In this document: positions 37,192 through 46,299 of the stretch, one piece after another
Position numbering within the stretch: the stretch's first letter is position 1
Layout: each line of letters starts with the position of its first letter
Assembly: GCA_040767195.1 (NCBI GenBank)
Contig: JAXGPA010000002.1
Coordinates: forward strand, 160,001-224,000
Direction: 5' to 3'
DNA length: 64,000 nucleotides
DNA from: Syntrophales bacterium
GTDB lineage: Bacteria > Desulfobacterota > Syntrophia > Syntrophales > UBA6807
Made by a program: the position numbers and the translations under genes
The notes under the pieces: generated by a model
Told to the model about the DNA's origin: nothing
The model's database searches: none
The model's input: only the letters and a program-made list of their open reading frames with translations

Positions 37192-40032
37192 TTACTCCTC
37201 CTCGTCGCTCACGGTGATCTTCCCGTCGTCAGCGAGGGTGAAGGTCTTGATCACGGTGTCCGTGTAGCCCCGGTCGTCCCGGACGTCAAGGCGGACGGTG
37301 TAGGTGCCTGGGTCATACGTCAATTGCTCTTCTTCACCCGTTTCAATTTCAGGATCATCTCCCACACCGTAGAAGGTCCACTCCCGGCTCAAGATAACAT
37401 GGCCCGCCGCCGTGGTCGACGTATCCCGGAAGAGTAATAGTAGATCGGTTGGACCACCACTGAGATAGTAAATCTCGAAGCTCGCCTCGGGGCGTTCCAC
37501 CTGGACGAGCTTCAAGGTGATCGTGTCGGTCGTGCAGGGCGAGCCGATGAGGTCCGCCCGGATGATAGCGCTGGCCTCGATGACCTCCTCGGGGAGATAC
37601 CCCCCCGTGTACGTCGTCGTGGCCACGCCCCCCACCGTGGGGACGACGGGATCCTGGATCCCGCCGATGTCGGTGAGGAGGGTGAACGCGACGAGCTCGC
37701 CGTCCTCGACGGGCTCGTCCTTGGCCGTGTACACGTGGGCCCACAGGGTCGCCTCGCTGCAGATGTCGGCAGGAAGTTCATACCGGGAAGCGGTCAGGAT
37801 AAGGTACTTCGTCTTGTACGGCGAATGGGGCAGGAAGCAGGCCTCTTCCTTCAGGTAGGGCAGCCAGAACGTGTAGGTCGTCCGGTTTTCCGACCCGAAG
37901 ACGAGGGTGCTCGCCGTCAGGGCGTCCTCGATCCACACCGCCGAGGCCTTGGGATAGATGAGGTCGAACGCGGCGACGCCGTTCGCGTCGGTCGTCACCG
38001 TCGCCGGGACGGACCCCGCCGCGGAGAGCGGCGGCGTGAGCCGCCCGTCGGCGTTCGTGTCCTCCCCGTCGTCGAGCCACAGCGTCCGGTTCACGTCCTC
38101 GTTGGGCTGGATGCACTCCACAAAGGGCCGGCACTTGTTCTCCTCGTACTCCTCCCAATATCCCGTGGCGTAGCGGACGGGCCAGAGATTCAGGGTCACG
38201 AGGCCGTTCGGGTAGGGGTTGCCGTTCGTGTCGATGAGCTGGACGGCCATGGGCAGCCGGTACATGGTGCCGTCCTGGATGGACTCGATGGTCGTCCCCC
38301 GGGTGATGACGATGGCCCCGGCGGTCCCGCCGATGATGATGGTTTCACTGTCGTTAACGGCAGGGTTCCCCGCCACGGCGGCCACCACGGTGACCCCCCG
38401 GCTCCCGGAGCTGCGGGACCCGGAGGTGAAGGTGGCCACGGCGACGCCGGCGTCGGGATTGGGCGACCCGTCGGACGGTTTCGTCAGGGCGCCCGTGTAG
38501 GCGATGACGGGGGCGATGAACTCGCCGCCCCCGGTGGCGTTCTCGATGCTGAAGAGGATGGGGACGTTCGGGACGATCTGGCCCATGGCGCTCTCCACGG
38601 TGACGCGAAGCGTTACCGTGTTGGCCAGGTCGCCGGAACTGGGGGCGACGACGGTGGAACTCGCCTGGAGGGACATCCGGGCCGCGTCGGCGGGGGACGG
38701 GTAGACGATGACCCGCAGGGAGTCGCTCACCGAGGGATCGTCGGCGTCGAAAACCTGGATCGTCGCCGTTCCGGCCTCGACGGACCGGAAATAGGACCAG
38801 GCCCTGCCGCCGGAGACGTCGACGGTGATGCTGCTGCCCGAATCGCCCCCGCCGGTCCGCCAGAGCCTCCCCATGGTGGCGGCGAACTGGACCCGGCTCT
38901 GGGTCGGCGCGTTGACCTCGATGTAAAGATCCTGCGGCGTCGGTGACACGGTGAGGTAATCATTGCTCCTGGGCAGATAGTGGGGATCGTCGGTGGGCTC
39001 GAGAATGCCGAATTCCAGGGCGGCGTTTATCACGTGGAAGGTGACCGACGCCCCGGCCCCGAGGGACTCGGCGGTGAGCGTCACCGTTCCCGAGGCGACG
39101 GGGGAGACCTCGATTTCCAGCCTGCCCTCAGGGTCCGTGTTTCCCGAGGTCCCGGAGAGGGACACCTTGCCCGCCGGCTCGGCCGTCAGCATGACGGCGG
39201 CATTGTAGACCCCCCGGCCGCCGGAATCGGTCACGGTCACCCGGAGAGTGACGGCTTCCCCGCCCACCCGGATGTCCGGGAAGGGATCGGGAAGGAGTTC
39301 CACCGTCGTCCCCTCGATGCGGACGGGAACCGACTGGGACGGCAGGGACGCCACCCGGGCCGACACGGTGACGAATCCGTTCTGTTTTTCATCCCCCGCC
39401 CGCAGGGTGACGGACGCCTCGCCCTGGTCGTTCGTCTCGGCGGAAGAGGCGGAAAGGAGGCCCCCGGTAGTACTGAAGCTGACGGTGATGCCGGGGACCG
39501 CGCCGTTGGCGGCGTCCCGGACGGTGGCCGTGATGGTGGCCGAATCGGAGTTATCCGATTTCACCGAGGTATGGGATGACCGGATGGACAGGGAGGCGGG
39601 CATTGCCGACCCGATGAAGGTGACGGATATCTGCTGCGACACGCCGCCCGATTTCGCGGTGACTTCGGCCGTCCCGGGTTCGGAACCGGCGATGAGGGAC
39701 ACGCTGACAACGCCCGTGTCGTCGACGGTCTTACCCTGTATCTGCTGACCGCCGCTTAAGGCGAAGGACCCGAGTGTGGTGGTGAAGGTGACGTAGGTGC
39801 CGACGGGAACAGGGGTTCCCGCGGAGGCCGTCATGGTCGCCTTGATGGCGCAGGACCGGCCAGGGATGGCCTCGATGCTCTGCGGCGTGGCCTCCAGTGT
39901 TATGGCCGTGGTCACGGACGCCGTGCCGCCGTCGTCATCGCCCCCCCCGGACCCGCAGGACACGGTCATGATGGCGGTTAAAAGAAGAATGGCAAGAAAA
40001 AGAACGGATTTTGAGAATCCTGATCTGGACAT
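37192..40032 (-). CDS. Large surface lipoprotein with tandem bacterial Ig-like (invasin/intimin Big_1-type) domains and a C-terminal PKD-like domain
   Basis: VSC lipobox, repeated ITATVRDANG..VPG..VSF / TxxxGxA motifs, EDxN..LD.GED.N.DG.L motif, and C-terminal EWTF...PGTYTVRLDVRDDRG. Confidence 0.8.
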   Translation of the reverse strand: MSRSGFSKSVLFLAILLLTAIMTVSCGSGGGDDDGGTASVTTAITLEATPQSIEAIPGRSCAIKATMTASAGTPVPVGTYVTFTTTLGSFALSGGQQIQGKTVDDTGVVSVSLIAGSEPGTAEVTAKSGGVSQQISVTFIGSAMPASLSIRSSHTSVKSDNSDSATITATVRDAANGAVPGITVSFSTTGGLLSASSAETNDQGEASVTLRAGDEKQNGFVTVSARVASLPSQSVPVRIEGTTVELLPDPFPDIRVGGEAVTLRVTVTDSGGRGVYNAAVMLTAEPAGKVSLSGTSGNTDPEGRLEIEVSPVASGTVTLTAESLGAGASVTFHVINAALEFGILEPTDDPHYLPRSNDYLTVSPTPQDLYIEVNAPTQSRVQFAATMGRLWRTGGGDSGSSITVDVSGGRAWSYFRSVEAGTATIQVFDADDPSVSDSLRVIVYPSPADAARMSLQASSTVVAPSSGDLANTVTLRVTVESAMGQIVPNVPILFSIENATGGGEFIAPVIAYTGALTKPSDGSPNPDAGVAVATFTSGSRSSGSRGVTVVAAVAGNPAVNDSETIIIGGTAGAIVITRGTTIESIQDGTMYRLPMAVQLIDTNGNPYPNGLVTLNLWPVRYATGYWEEYEENKCRPFVECIQPNEDVNRTLWLDDGEDTNADGRLTPPLSAAGSVPATVTTDANGVAAFDLIYPKASAVWIEDALTASTLVFGSENRTTYTFWLPYLKEEACFLPHSPYKTKYLILTASRYELPADICSEATLWAHVYTAKDEPVEDGELVAFTLLTDIGGIQDPVVPTVGGVATTTYTGGYLPEEVIEASAIIRADLIGSPCTTDTITLKLVQVERPEASFEIYYLSGGPTDLLLLFRDTSTTAAGHVILSREWTFYGVGDDPEIETGEEEQLTYDPGTYTVRLDVRDDRGYTDTVIKTFTLADDGKITVSDEEE

Positions 40033-40099
40033 TCTAAAACCTCCCCCCTGGGTTTCTAGTGGTTAGATAAAATATTTTTCCATAATAATCAACAATAAT

Positions 40100-41389
40100 T
40101 TAGAGTTTCGCGCCCTCGACGATCCGGGGGGTCACGAAGATGAGAAGTTCCTTCCGGTCCTGAACCACCGTCCGGGCCTTGAAGAGCCACCCGAGGACGG
40201 GAATCCGGGAAAGCCAGGGGACGCCGCTTTCGGCGGTGGTCTCGGTGGTTCTGCAGATGCCCCCGAGAACGATGGTGTCCCCGTCTTCGAGGACGACGGT
40301 GGACTCCACGTTGCTGGCCACAAGCGGCGGGTTCTCCGAGTTGACGTTGACCCGCTTCCAGTCGGCGTACTTGTTCGAGGCTTCCACCTTCATGCAGATG
40401 CGCCCGTCGGCGGTGATTTTCGGGGTCACCCGGAGCTCGAGCTTGGCGTTTTTCATCTCCACGTTGTAATTCCCGTCCCTGTCCCGGACCACGTAGGGGA
40501 TTTCCTCCCCCTGGCCGATGACGGCCTTCACGCCGTCCAGGGTCGTCACCCGGGGCGAGGACAGGATCTTCCCGGCGCCCTCCGCCTCCAGGGCGGAAAG
40601 GGCGACGTCAAGAACGAAGCGGCCCGACCCCGCTATGAGCCCCAGGGTGGGGGCTGCCGCCCCGGCGACGGGGGGGAAATTGACGGCCACGTTGCTGTCG
40701 GTGACGCCGATGCCCCCGGGAAAGGTGGTCACCGTCCCCTCCGGGGCGCTCCCGGCGAGAAGGCCGATATCCCGACCGTCCCAGGTATCCCGGTACCCGT
40801 ACCCCCACCGGACCCCCAGCTTCTCCATGAAATTCCGGTTCGCCTCCACGATCCGGGCCTCGATGGACACCTGGCCCGCCCGTCCCTCCGCCTCCCGACG
40901 CCGCCGGTCCTCCTCTTCCGCCCGTTTCAGGGCCTCCAGGGGATACACGGTGATTACCGGGCCGGACACCTTCTTTCCCAGGCCGTTGATTTCCAGGGCC
41001 GTGTCGAGGGCCCGGTGCCAGGGGACGTCGGTGAGGCGCAGGGATACCTTTCCCCGGACGTCCGGGCTCAGGACGATATTGACGCCGCCCGCCTCGGAAA
41101 GGAGCCGGAAGAGGGCGGCGATTTCGGCATCCTGGACATCGATGGACACCATCGGGCCCGACGGTTCCGGCGGGGGGCTTTTTTCGGGCGGCAGGGCCGC
41201 CTTTCCGGCCCCGCCCGGCGCGATCTTCGCCGACGCCGGGAAGACCGGCACGGGCAAGGACCCCGTTTTTGCCGCCGGTCCCGCCGCGGGGGAGGGCCCG
41301 CCCTGCCCGCCGGGACCGGCGCACCCCGCCGGCAGAAGGAAAAAAAGGACGAGAACAATCGGGATGACATGGCGGGATGGCGCTTTCAC
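40100..41389 (-). CDS. pilQ: PilQ/HofQ-like secretin (short form)
   Basis: N0/STN domain (DVPWHRALD), QVSIEARIVEA, LSSPRVTT, GEEIPY and VPWLSRIPVLGWLF..ELLIFVTPRI. Confidence 0.88.
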   Translation of the reverse strand: MKAPSRHVIPIVLVLFFLLPAGCAGPGGQGGPSPAAGPAAKTGSLPVPVFPASAKIAPGGAGKAALPPEKSPPPEPSGPMVSIDVQDAEIAALFRLLSEAGGVNIVLSPDVRGKVSLRLTDVPWHRALDTALEINGLGKKVSGPVITVYPLEALKRAEEEDRRRREAEGRAGQVSIEARIVEANRNFMEKLGVRWGYGYRDTWDGRDIGLLAGSAPEGTVTTFPGGIGVTDSNVAVNFPPVAGAAAPTLGLIAGSGRFVLDVALSALEAEGAGKILSSPRVTTLDGVKAVIGQGEEIPYVVRDRDGNYNVEMKNAKLELRVTPKITADGRICMKVEASNKYADWKRVNVNSENPPLVASNVESTVVLEDGDTIVLGGICRTTETTAESGVPWLSRIPVLGWLFKARTVVQDRKELLIFVTPRIVEGAKL

Positions 41390-41868
41390 GGTGTTTCACC
41401 GGTTTCCTTTTCACCGTCGAGATCCAGGACGAACCGGTTCAGCCGCCCCTCTCCCGGGGGGCTGACGACGGTCTCCTCGATGACCACCCGACGCTCCGAC
41501 AGGGCCGTCACGCGGCCCCCGCCGGGGCCGACCCGGTCGCCCCGGGAGAGGACGTAGAATTTTCCGTCGGGGCCCCGGACCAGGGCGACCTGTCTTTCCG
41601 CCGACCGGGCGGTACCGAGAAGCCTCAGGTCGCCCGGGGGGAACGTCTCCAGGGGGTTGCGCGATCCGGGCCCGGCCCCGCTTTGCCGGACCGGCGGCCG
41701 GAGGGATGGGGGTTCGAAGGGATCCGTCGCCGGGTCGCCCGTCCCGGCACTCCCGGATGCCGGGACGGCGGAGGGCACGGCCGGTGCCAGTAAAATCCCC
41801 AGGAGGAAGAAAAAAACGGGAAGGGGAAGGCCCTTACCTTTTTTCCTTACCTTGCTTACCAGAGTCAT
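41386..41868 (-). CDS. pilP: PilP-like protein
   Basis: DPFEP, PLETF...LRLLG, ALVRGPDG...GDRVG; position in the operon. Confidence 0.8.
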   Translation of the reverse strand: MTLVSKVRKKGKGLPLPVFFFLLGILLAPAVPSAVPASGSAGTGDPATDPFEPPSLRPPVRQSGAGPGSRNPLETFPPGDLRLLGTARSAERQVALVRGPDGKFYVLSRGDRVGPGGGRVTALSERRVVIEETVVSPPGEGRLNRFVLDLDGEKETGETP

Positions 41869-42427
41869 TTCCTGTCTCCGTCAATTGGAAGGCCGTCACG
41901 AGGCAGTCCGCCGCGAGCCCGCCGCCGGGGCTCCTCGTCACGGTGAATTCGGAAATGGTCACCAGCCGGGGCATGCGGGCGACCATTTGGAAAAGTTCCC
42001 TGATCGCCCCGTAGGACCCCTTCAGGGAGACCCTGACGGGAATCTCGGCGTAACACTCCCGCAACACCGGCGGCAGGGGTTCGAACAGCAGAATTTCGAG
42101 CCCCGCCCTCTCTCCCGCCTCGGAGAAGGCCTTCATGAGGCCGGGGACGTCATCGCCCGCCGGCGTCTTCCGGGCCGCCCGGGCAAAGGCTTCCTTCATG
42201 GTTTCCCCCCTTTCCCGGCAGCGGTCCATCTCGACGGCGAGCCTCTGCCGCGCGGCGATCCTGGCCTCCAGCGCGGTGTACTCCGCTGTCAGGGTGTCAC
42301 GGCGGTCCACGAGGGGCTTCAGAAAACAGGAATGGTACCCCCAAAGGGCCAGGAGAACCGCCGAAAGGGCCAGAAAAACGGCCCGGCGGCCCGCCGGGTC
42401 CCTCTTTTCCCCGGCCTTCCCGTCCAT
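41834..42427 (-). CDS. pilO: PilO-like protein
   Basis: TM segment plus coiled coil, GLEILLFEP, YAEIPV..GSY and MPRLV. Confidence 0.82.
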   Translation of the reverse strand: MDGKAGEKRDPAGRRAVFLALSAVLLALWGYHSCFLKPLVDRRDTLTAEYTALEARIAARQRLAVEMDRCRERGETMKEAFARAARKTPAGDDVPGLMKAFSEAGERAGLEILLFEPLPPVLRECYAEIPVRVSLKGSYGAIRELFQMVARMPRLVTISEFTVTRSPGGGLAADCLVTAFQLTETGNDSGKQGKEKR

Positions 42428-42967
42428 CTAGGGGTCCTCGAAGGGGCAGGACAGGACGAATTCCACAACCTTCTCCCCCTCGAAGAGGGTCTGCTTCGCC
42501 GACACGAGTCCCACCGACCGGAAGGGTCCCGCCGCCTCGATCTCCCTCATGAAACAGGCCACGGCGGCATTGTCCAGGGCTCTCCCCTCCAACCGGACGC
42601 CCCGGCTGCTTCCGGACAGGACGGTGAGCCACATCCGGCCCGGGGGGATCTTCTCCGGGACCATCGCCAGGAGGCGCGCGGACCGGGCCCGCCCCCTCTC
42701 CATCCTTTCGACGGCGCCGATCTTCTTCCCAAGCGTTTCGGCGTCCCTTTCACACCGGTCCAGGTTTTCCGTGATTTCGGAGAGAAGGGCCAGGCGGTTT
42801 CCGGCCTCTTTCACGGCGCCCTCAAGGTGTTCGAGACGGAGACAGAAGAAGCCGTGGACGAGGAGAACCAGGGAAAAAAGAAGGGCGGCGGCCAGGAGAG
42901 GAACGGCCCGCCGTGTCCGGCCGTCCCTCTCCCGTTCCCGGCCGGGCAGGAGGTTGATCCGTGTCAT
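42428..42967 (-). CDS. pilN: PilN-like protein
   Basis: MTRINLLP N-terminal motif, TM segment, WLT and G.A.DN..VA.FMR. Confidence 0.88.
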   Translation of the reverse strand: MTRINLLPGRERERDGRTRRAVPLLAAALLFSLVLLVHGFFCLRLEHLEGAVKEAGNRLALLSEITENLDRCERDAETLGKKIGAVERMERGRARSARLLAMVPEKIPPGRMWLTVLSGSSRGVRLEGRALDNAAVACFMREIEAAGPFRSVGLVSAKQTLFEGEKVVEFVLSCPFEDP

Positions 42968-43929
42968 TGTCCGTCGATCCCCCGGAGAGCCAGTCCCACG
43001 GCGGGAACGGCCAGCGGGCGGATGTCGTCGAGATAAGGTTCGGGGAACTTTTCCTGATCCCTCCGAATCCGCCGGAAGGGATCGAAAAGACCCACCGGCG
43101 CCCGCACCCGGCCGGCCAAGGCGTCCCGGACGGCGGGCACCGTCACCGCCCCGCCGCTGAGAAGCACCTGTCGAAGGCGGGGCTCCCCGGCCGTGGAGCG
43201 GTAATAATCGAGGGAACGCCCGACCTCCCCGGCAAAGGTTTCAACCCGGGTGTCCCCGGCCACGGAAACGCCCCCCGCGGGAAAGCTGCGGGCAAGGACG
43301 GAAACGCCGCCCTTGAGGACGTTCACCGTGATGACCGAGGGACCGGCGTGGACGAGAGCGTCCGCGTCGGCCCCCCCGAAGTCGTAATTCGCTCCGTAAG
43401 CCCTTTCGAGGGCGAAGGCGTCCACGTCGAGGAGAACCACCTGCCGCCGGCCCTGTTCGATGGCGTCCACGTATCTTTCCACGACATCCTTCCGGGCCGC
43501 CGCCACGATCACGTCCATCCGGCCCGGGTCGCGAGGGCTCTCGCCGAGAACGTGAAAATCGAAATTCACGTCCGCCGCCCTTTCGACGGGGAGGTACTTT
43601 TCCCCCTCCTGGGCGAGAAGGCGCCGAAAGGCCGCCTCCGCCATCCTCGGGAAAGACGCCCTTTTAACGACGGCGGCGGTGCCCGGGAGCGCAGCGGCGA
43701 CCCGGACGGCCCGGGAGCCCGATGCCCGGAAGAGCGCTTCCACGGCCACGGCCAGCCCGACGTCGTCCCGGACCAGGCCGTTCTCAATCACCCCCGGGGG
43801 AAGAGGGACCTGCCCGTAAACTGCCAACCGCGGCCCCCGGGACGTTCGCCGCAACTCGACGAGCTTGACGAGGCGGGACCCCACATCGAGGCCGGCGATC
43901 CGATTTTTCCTGGAAAACCAACGTGTCAC
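42964..43929 (-). CDS. pilM: PilM-like ATP-binding protein (shortened)
   Basis: GLDVGS..VKLVEL, DVDAFAL, RSLDYY, LSGGA and AVGLALR. Probable GTG start at 43929. Confidence 0.85.
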   Translation of the reverse strand: MTRWFSRKNRIAGLDVGSRLVKLVELRRTSRGPRLAVYGQVPLPPGVIENGLVRDDVGLAVAVEALFRASGSRAVRVAAALPGTAAVVKRASFPRMAEAAFRRLLAQEGEKYLPVERAADVNFDFHVLGESPRDPGRMDVIVAAARKDVVERYVDAIEQGRRQVVLLDVDAFALERAYGANYDFGGADADALVHAGPSVITVNVLKGGVSVLARSFPAGGVSVAGDTRVETFAGEVGRSLDYYRSTAGEPRLRQVLLSGGAVTVPAVRDALAGRVRAPVGLFDPFRRIRRDQEKFPEPYLDDIRPLAVPAVGLALRGIDGQ

Positions 43930-43983
43930 AGAACCCCCCCGGGGGCGGTGTGCCCCCCGCCGGAAATAGTCGTCGCCACATAT

Positions 43984-43999
43984 TGCACAAACCGTTCCA
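43984..43999 (-). promoter_or_regulatory. Sigma54 (-24/-12) promoter upstream of pilM
   Basis: TGGAAC-GGTTT-GTGCA on the minus strand (GG-N10-GC), about 55 nt before the pilM start. Confidence 0.5.
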
Positions 44000-44279
44000 C
44001 GAATCTGCGCCTTATTCAGGAGAGCGAAGAGATTCTGAAAAGGGGTGACGCCGCGAACGAGGAACACCTCCGGGAAGGGGAAAGGCCCCGGGGGAGCGGT
44101 TGCCCGCTTCGGGCGGGTGAAGAGGGACCGTTGCGGAACTTCCAGGGAGCGGGGAACCTGGTGTTTCAGGGGGCGGCGGGACGGGGTTCACTGAAGGGTT
44201 CACCGAGGGAGGGACGGGAAAGGAAGACGGGCCGGCGGCGGCGGACCGCCGGGCGAACCCGGGGAAGGTTACGGGGCGC

Positions 44280-44561
44280 TCAATCGTCCCCGGGGGAGAC
44301 GAAACGGTAAACCCGGTCGTCCTGGCGGACCATGCCCAGGTCCTGCCGGGCCACCTGCTCGATGTACCGGGGATCGTCCCGGAGAAGGAGCACTTCCTCC
44401 TTCAGTTCCCGGTTTTCCTTCACCGTTATTTCGTTGAGCTTTTCCAGGGTGGAGAGCTTGCCCTGGAGGGCGCTGAAATTCTTCCACTGGCCGGAGAGAA
44501 CGTAAAGGGACAGGCCGCTGAGGAGCAGAAGAAGGAGGGCTGCCCACTTACGCCAGTTCAC
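44280..44561 (-). CDS. Septum formation initiator (FtsB/DivIC family)
   Basis: TM segment plus coiled coil and IEQVARQDLGMV. Confidence 0.85.
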   Translation of the reverse strand: MNWRKWAALLLLLLSGLSLYVLSGQWKNFSALQGKLSTLEKLNEITVKENRELKEEVLLLRDDPRYIEQVARQDLGMVRQDDRVYRFVSPGDD

Positions 44562-45748
44562 GGTCCTTCCTCACCTCCCGGCACCGAGGGAAGGGTCCAC
44601 GGGGACTCGCCGAGGAAAAACTCCCCCCGCTCGATCCATTCCTTCAACAGGACGGCGATCTCCCGGGCCTTCAGGTAGCTGGACAGGGGTGCCGCGGGAA
44701 CTTTCTTTCCGTTCACCGTGACGAGTCCGGCCCGAAGGTCCTTGAAGGTCACCTCTCCCAGGCTTTTCGGGTGACCGCTCGGGTAGTCCATGCCGTAATC
44801 GAAGACATTCATGACGATGTCCTCATCCCGGACGGCGGCGAACCGGGCCATTTCCTCGTTCAGAAGCGGTATGGGAACACCGATGCCGACGTAGAGGGAA
44901 ACGCCGTATCCGAGGATGCTCGCCCCGACGAGCCACCGGGGGGACATCTCCTTCAGGTTCCCGATGACGGCGAGGGTCCCCGCGCCTTCCCGGGGGATAC
45001 CCTTGCCCGTCCGGGGGATGTGCGGGTTGTGCTGGGTCCCCGGCCAGGCCACGTAACCCTGGGCGCCGCCCAGGAAAATACGGGTCCCGATGCCCACGGT
45101 CCGGTAATAGGGGTCGTTGAAGAGGGGGGACAGCTGGCCGGAGGTGGAATAATTGGCGTTGGCCATGCGGGGGCGCAGGACCCCCATGTAGGTGTAAATC
45201 GTCTTGTCCGACAGGTTGACGGCCACGTTGTAGTTCTGGTAGGCGTTCCGGGGGTTGAAGAGGACCGCGTCCCGGAGATCCTGGATGGTGATGTTCTTTT
45301 CGAACCGTCTCGCGGGATAGCAGTCCGTCCCGTAGCCTTCCGCCCGCAGGCGGATCATGTTGCCCGCCACGAGGTCCTCGATGACGTGCCCGCCGCCGTA
45401 GTTGAACTCGCCGGGGTAGACGCTGTTCAGCGGGTCCCCCTCGACCACCTCGGTGGCCCCCATGTAGCAGTCCACGGCGGCAATTCCGCCGTAGGCGGGG
45501 ACGTCGTTCAGCCAGACCCGGCTCGCCTTGATCCTCGGGGCGGGGTGGCCGAAATTGAGAAAGGCCCCGGAGGAGCACATGGGGCTGAAGGTCCCCGTGG
45601 TCACCACGTCCACGCGCCGGGCGGCCTCTATCTCCCCGTGCCGGTCGACGATGTCGATGATTTCCTCGGCGGTGACCACCACCGCCTTCCTGCGGCGGAT
45701 TTTTTCGTTGATTTCGCGGTAGGTCTTGGTCACTTTAAAGGATTTCAT
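44558..45748 (-). CDS. DUF39/COG1900 homocysteine-biosynthesis protein (aspartate-semialdehyde sulfurtransferase type)
   Basis: VDVVTTGTFSPMCSSG, YGGGHVI, YGTDCYP, NPRNAYQNY and IGTRIFLGG. Confidence 0.85.
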   Translation of the reverse strand: MKSFKVTKTYREINEKIRRRKAVVVTAEEIIDIVDRHGEIEAARRVDVVTTGTFSPMCSSGAFLNFGHPAPRIKASRVWLNDVPAYGGIAAVDCYMGATEVVEGDPLNSVYPGEFNYGGGHVIEDLVAGNMIRLRAEGYGTDCYPARRFEKNITIQDLRDAVLFNPRNAYQNYNVAVNLSDKTIYTYMGVLRPRMANANYSTSGQLSPLFNDPYYRTVGIGTRIFLGGAQGYVAWPGTQHNPHIPRTGKGIPREGAGTLAVIGNLKEMSPRWLVGASILGYGVSLYVGIGVPIPLLNEEMARFAAVRDEDIVMNVFDYGMDYPSGHPKSLGEVTFKDLRAGLVTVNGKKVPAAPLSSYLKAREIAVLLKEWIERGEFFLGESPWTLPSVPGGEEGP

Positions 45749-45828
45749 GGGTCAAGCCGTTCCTTCCCTGTCTTTCCCGTCTCCAATCCATCGCCGGGCG
45801 GCCCGCCAGGGCCGTTCCCGGTTTCTCG

Positions 45829-46299
45829 TCAGCCCGTCCCGGTGTGGCCGAACCCACCGGCCCCGCGGGGCGTTTCGTCGGGCCCCGTCCCCCGGTCCCA
45901 GGCGATCCGGCAGACCCTCTGGATCACCATCTGGGCCACCCGGAAGCCCCGGTGAACGACGAAAGGCTTTTTCCCGTGATTCACGAGAATCACCGCCACC
46001 TCCCCCCGGTAGTCGGCATCGACGGTGCCGGGGCTGTTCAGGAGGGAGACGCCGTGCTCCAGGGCGAGGCCGCTTCTCGGCCGGATCTGGGCCTCGAGCC
46101 CCGGGGGCAGGGCCATGACGAACCCCGCCGGTATTTTCCGCCACTCCCCGGGCGGGATGGACACCGGGTCTTCCACGGCGGCCCGGAGATCCATGCCGGA
46201 AGACCGTTCCGTCATGTAACGGGGCAGGGGCAGATCCTCGTTTCCCTCGAGGGGACTCACGGGAACGGGGATGTCCTCCCCGGCCGTCACGCGAGGCAC
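45829..46299 (-). CDS. dut: dUTP diphosphatase
   Basis: SGMDL, RPRSGLA, GTVDADYRGE and RGAGGFGHTG. Confidence 0.95.
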   Translation of the reverse strand: MPRVTAGEDIPVPVSPLEGNEDLPLPRYMTERSSGMDLRAAVEDPVSIPPGEWRKIPAGFVMALPPGLEAQIRPRSGLALEHGVSLLNSPGTVDADYRGEVAVILVNHGKKPFVVHRGFRVAQMVIQRVCRIAWDRGTGPDETPRGAGGFGHTGTG

